Below are positions 4,834 to 5,558 of a stretch of DNA of 5,558 nt, piece after piece. Positions within the stretch are counted from its first letter, which is position 1, and every line of letters starts with the position of its first letter. A program made the translations under genes and the position numbers. The notes beneath the pieces are model-generated. The model was not told where the DNA came from and ran no database searches. It was given only the letters and a program-made list of their open reading frames with translations. Source of the DNA: a virus; the IMG/VR virus record IMGVR_UViG_3300045988_153201, positions 1 through 5,558 of that record. The stretch is one strand, 5' to 3'.

Positions 4834-4895
4834 GAGAAAATATCAATACGGGGGACGGGGAGACGAAGTAACAATGGCCAGCACGCGCACGAACT

Positions 4896-4914
4896 GCCGC
4901 AAAAGGCCGCAAAA
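4896..4914. repeat. Tandem GCCGCAAAA repeat (2 copies, 10-bp register), iteron-like
   Basis: GCCGCAAAA at 4896-4904 and 4906-4914, separated by a single G. Confidence 0.5.
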
Positions 4915-4967
4915 TTTCTTCCAGCCTACCCGACCGCACGCAACCAACAGCGCAACGGAAACCTATG

Positions 4968-5005
4968 CCAGTCTGTATTGCAAGGGCAAGGGCTTTGCCC
5001 TTGCG
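4968..5005. repeat. Direct repeat R1 (38 nt) containing an 8-bp/TTT-loop hairpin; origin-region element
   Basis: CCAGTCTGTATTGCAAGGGCAAGGGCTTTGCCCTTGCG. The stem is 4986-4993/4997-5004. 34/38 positions are identical to R2. Confidence 0.8.
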
Positions 5006-5012
5006 AAAAATT

Positions 5013-5039
5013 CGTGGGCGTATTACACGCACGCCCACG
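5013..5039. other. 9-bp hairpin with a 9-nt loop (ATTACACGC) between R1 and R2; candidate Rep nick-site hairpin
   Basis: CGTGGGCGT (5013-5021) pairs perfectly with ACGCCCACG (5031-5039). Confidence 0.5.
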
Positions 5040-5080
5040 TTCCCACCGTCACGTTAGACACTACGTAACAGAAGCCCCTA

Positions 5081-5118
5081 CCAGTCTGTTTTGGAAGGGC
5101 AAAGGCTTTGCCTTTGCG
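5081..5118. repeat. Direct repeat R2 (38 nt) with the equivalent hairpin
   Basis: CCAGTCTGTTTTGGAAGGGCAAAGGCTTTGCCTTTGCG. The stem is 5099-5106/5110-5117. The R1 G:C pair (4990:5000) is replaced by A:T (5103:5113), a compensatory change. Confidence 0.8.
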
Positions 5119-5191
5119 GGGACGGGGGACGCGGTGGAGACGCTATCGCGTGAGTAAACGTGGAAACTACCTGAAAAAAAAAATACTGGAG

Positions 5192-5240
5192 CAATAGAAA
5201 ATCCTATTGACAAATAGAAATTTCTATGCTACAATAGAAG
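5192..5240 (+). promoter_or_regulatory. Operator-like array overlapping the orf78 promoter
   Basis: AATAGAA occurs at 5193, 5213 and 5233, exactly 20 bp apart. A perfect 14-bp palindrome ATAGAAATTTCTAT (5214-5227) fills the promoter spacer. The inverted pair CAATAG (5192-5197) / CTATTG (5204-5209) overlaps the -35 box. Confidence 0.6.
5207..5235 (+). promoter_or_regulatory. Near-consensus sigma70/sigmaA promoter for orf78
   Basis: TTGACA (5207-5212), a 17-nt spacer ending in TGc, then TACAAT (5230-5235). An A10 tract at 5174-5183 lies upstream. ATG 5265 follows with SD GAAAGGAG at 10-nt spacing. Confidence 0.75.
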
Positions 5241-5264
5241 CATAAAAGGAAAGGAGATAAACCA

Positions 5265-5501
5265 ATGAAAGTCAAAACTGAATTTCTCAAAAAGGTCTTC
5301 GAAGAAAAAACAGTCTACACGAAAAACTATCAATACAAAGCAGTTAAATATACCGCAGTCAACGAAAAAGAAGAGTTTTATGACTTTTTTTTCATCAAGC
5401 GTATTGACATTAACTACGTTGATACAACAAGATATCTAGACGAAATCTTCTGGGAGACCATCGCACAGACAAAAGATGGAAAAACATTCTCAAGATTCTG
5501 A
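5265..5501 (+). CDS. 78-aa hypothetical protein, the only plus-strand gene, divergent from rep; candidate regulator by position
   Basis: Strong SD (AAAGGAAAGGAGA) and a consensus promoter. Its position mirrors divergent repressor genes (for example rstR versus rstA in CTXphi). I recognise no HTH or other motif. Confidence 0.75.
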   Translation: MKVKTEFLKKVFEEKTVYTKNYQYKAVKYTAVNEKEEFYDFFFIKRIDINYVDTTRYLDEIFWETIAQTKDGKTFSRF

Positions 5502-5505
5502 AACG

Positions 5506-5534
5506 AAAAAAAAAAAAAAAAAAAAAAAAAAAAC
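5506..5534. repeat. poly(A) homopolymer, 29 nt
   Basis: Direct reading: it starts 4 nt after the orf78 TGA (5499-5501) and is followed by CCCAAACCCCCAACAGGGAACGCGA. Confidence 0.95.
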
Positions 5535-5558
5535 CCAAACCCCCAACAGGGAACGCGA

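Noticed and set aside
51-4863. Shared 9-mer ACGGGGAGA (51-59 and 4855-4863) as a long-range repeat
   Set aside because: Dozens of exact 9-mer repeats are expected by chance in a 5.5-kb sequence, and the match does not extend. The local GGGGACGGGG / GGAGACG pair at 4851-4865 and 5118-5142 is mentioned under the origin finding only as context.
4968-5118. CRISPR array
   Set aside because: There are only two repeat copies, they are imperfect, the spacing is 113 bp and the intervening sequence is itself a hairpin. No cas genes or leader are present. The window contains no CRISPR-like array.
4851-5142. G-quadruplex formation by the GGGG runs
   Set aside because: Each cluster has only two long G runs. 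They lie on the non-packaged (plus) strand, so the virion and mRNA strand carries C runs instead. The support is insufficient.
4808-5157. ORFs in the rep/orf78 intergenic region (4808..5038 minus, 4822..5157 plus, 4874..5068 plus)
   Set aside because: They have no SD. They overlap the rep promoter and are built from the repeats and hairpins. Their Arg/Pro/Gly-rich products are what GC-rich non-coding DNA yields. The region is better explained as an origin and regulatory region.

Overview
The window looks like one complete, compact (~5.5 kb) filamentous-phage-like (inovirus / Tubulavirales) ssDNA replicon or prophage. All genes but one lie on the minus strand as a single tightly packed operon. 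A near-consensus promoter at 4833..4805 drives a Rep_trans-family rolling-circle initiator, then a small gV-like ssDNA-binding protein, a tRNA, and a 394-aa secreted, C-terminally anchored pIII-like protein. These are followed by a chain of translationally coupled small hydrophobic proteins (43, 55, 37 and 42-62 aa) and a 202-aa acidic tail-anchored protein. A long hairpin, a short Zot/pI-like P-loop assembly ATPase and a hairpin+T24 terminator close the operon. The plus strand is purine/A-rich, so the coding strand is T-rich, as is usual for inoviruses. A structured, GC-richer ~370-bp intergenic region (4850-5160) has two 38-nt hairpin-bearing direct repeats flanking a central hairpin and is the probable origin. 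Beyond it, a second consensus promoter buried in an AATAGAA operator array drives a divergent 78-aa ORF on the plus strand. No secretin, integrase or lysis gene is visible. The GAAAGG-type Shine-Dalgarno sites and TTGACA-N17-TGnTAnAAT promoters suggest a Gram-positive (Firmicutes-like) host. The most unusual signal is the tRNA. Its anticodon is CUG (Gln), but its acceptor stem, 1x72 mismatch, A73 and anticodon stem-loop are essentially those of bacterial initiator tRNA-fMet. In addition, the coat-like ORF has a phage-typical Shine-Dalgarno site whose canonical 10-nt spacing lands on an in-frame CAG rather than on any ATG/GTG/TTG. Together these suggest phage-encoded non-AUG (CAG) initiation. 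The window ends appear to be a degenerate duplication of each other (poly(A) plus a C5/G5 motif), consistent with a circular molecule or att-like repeats.
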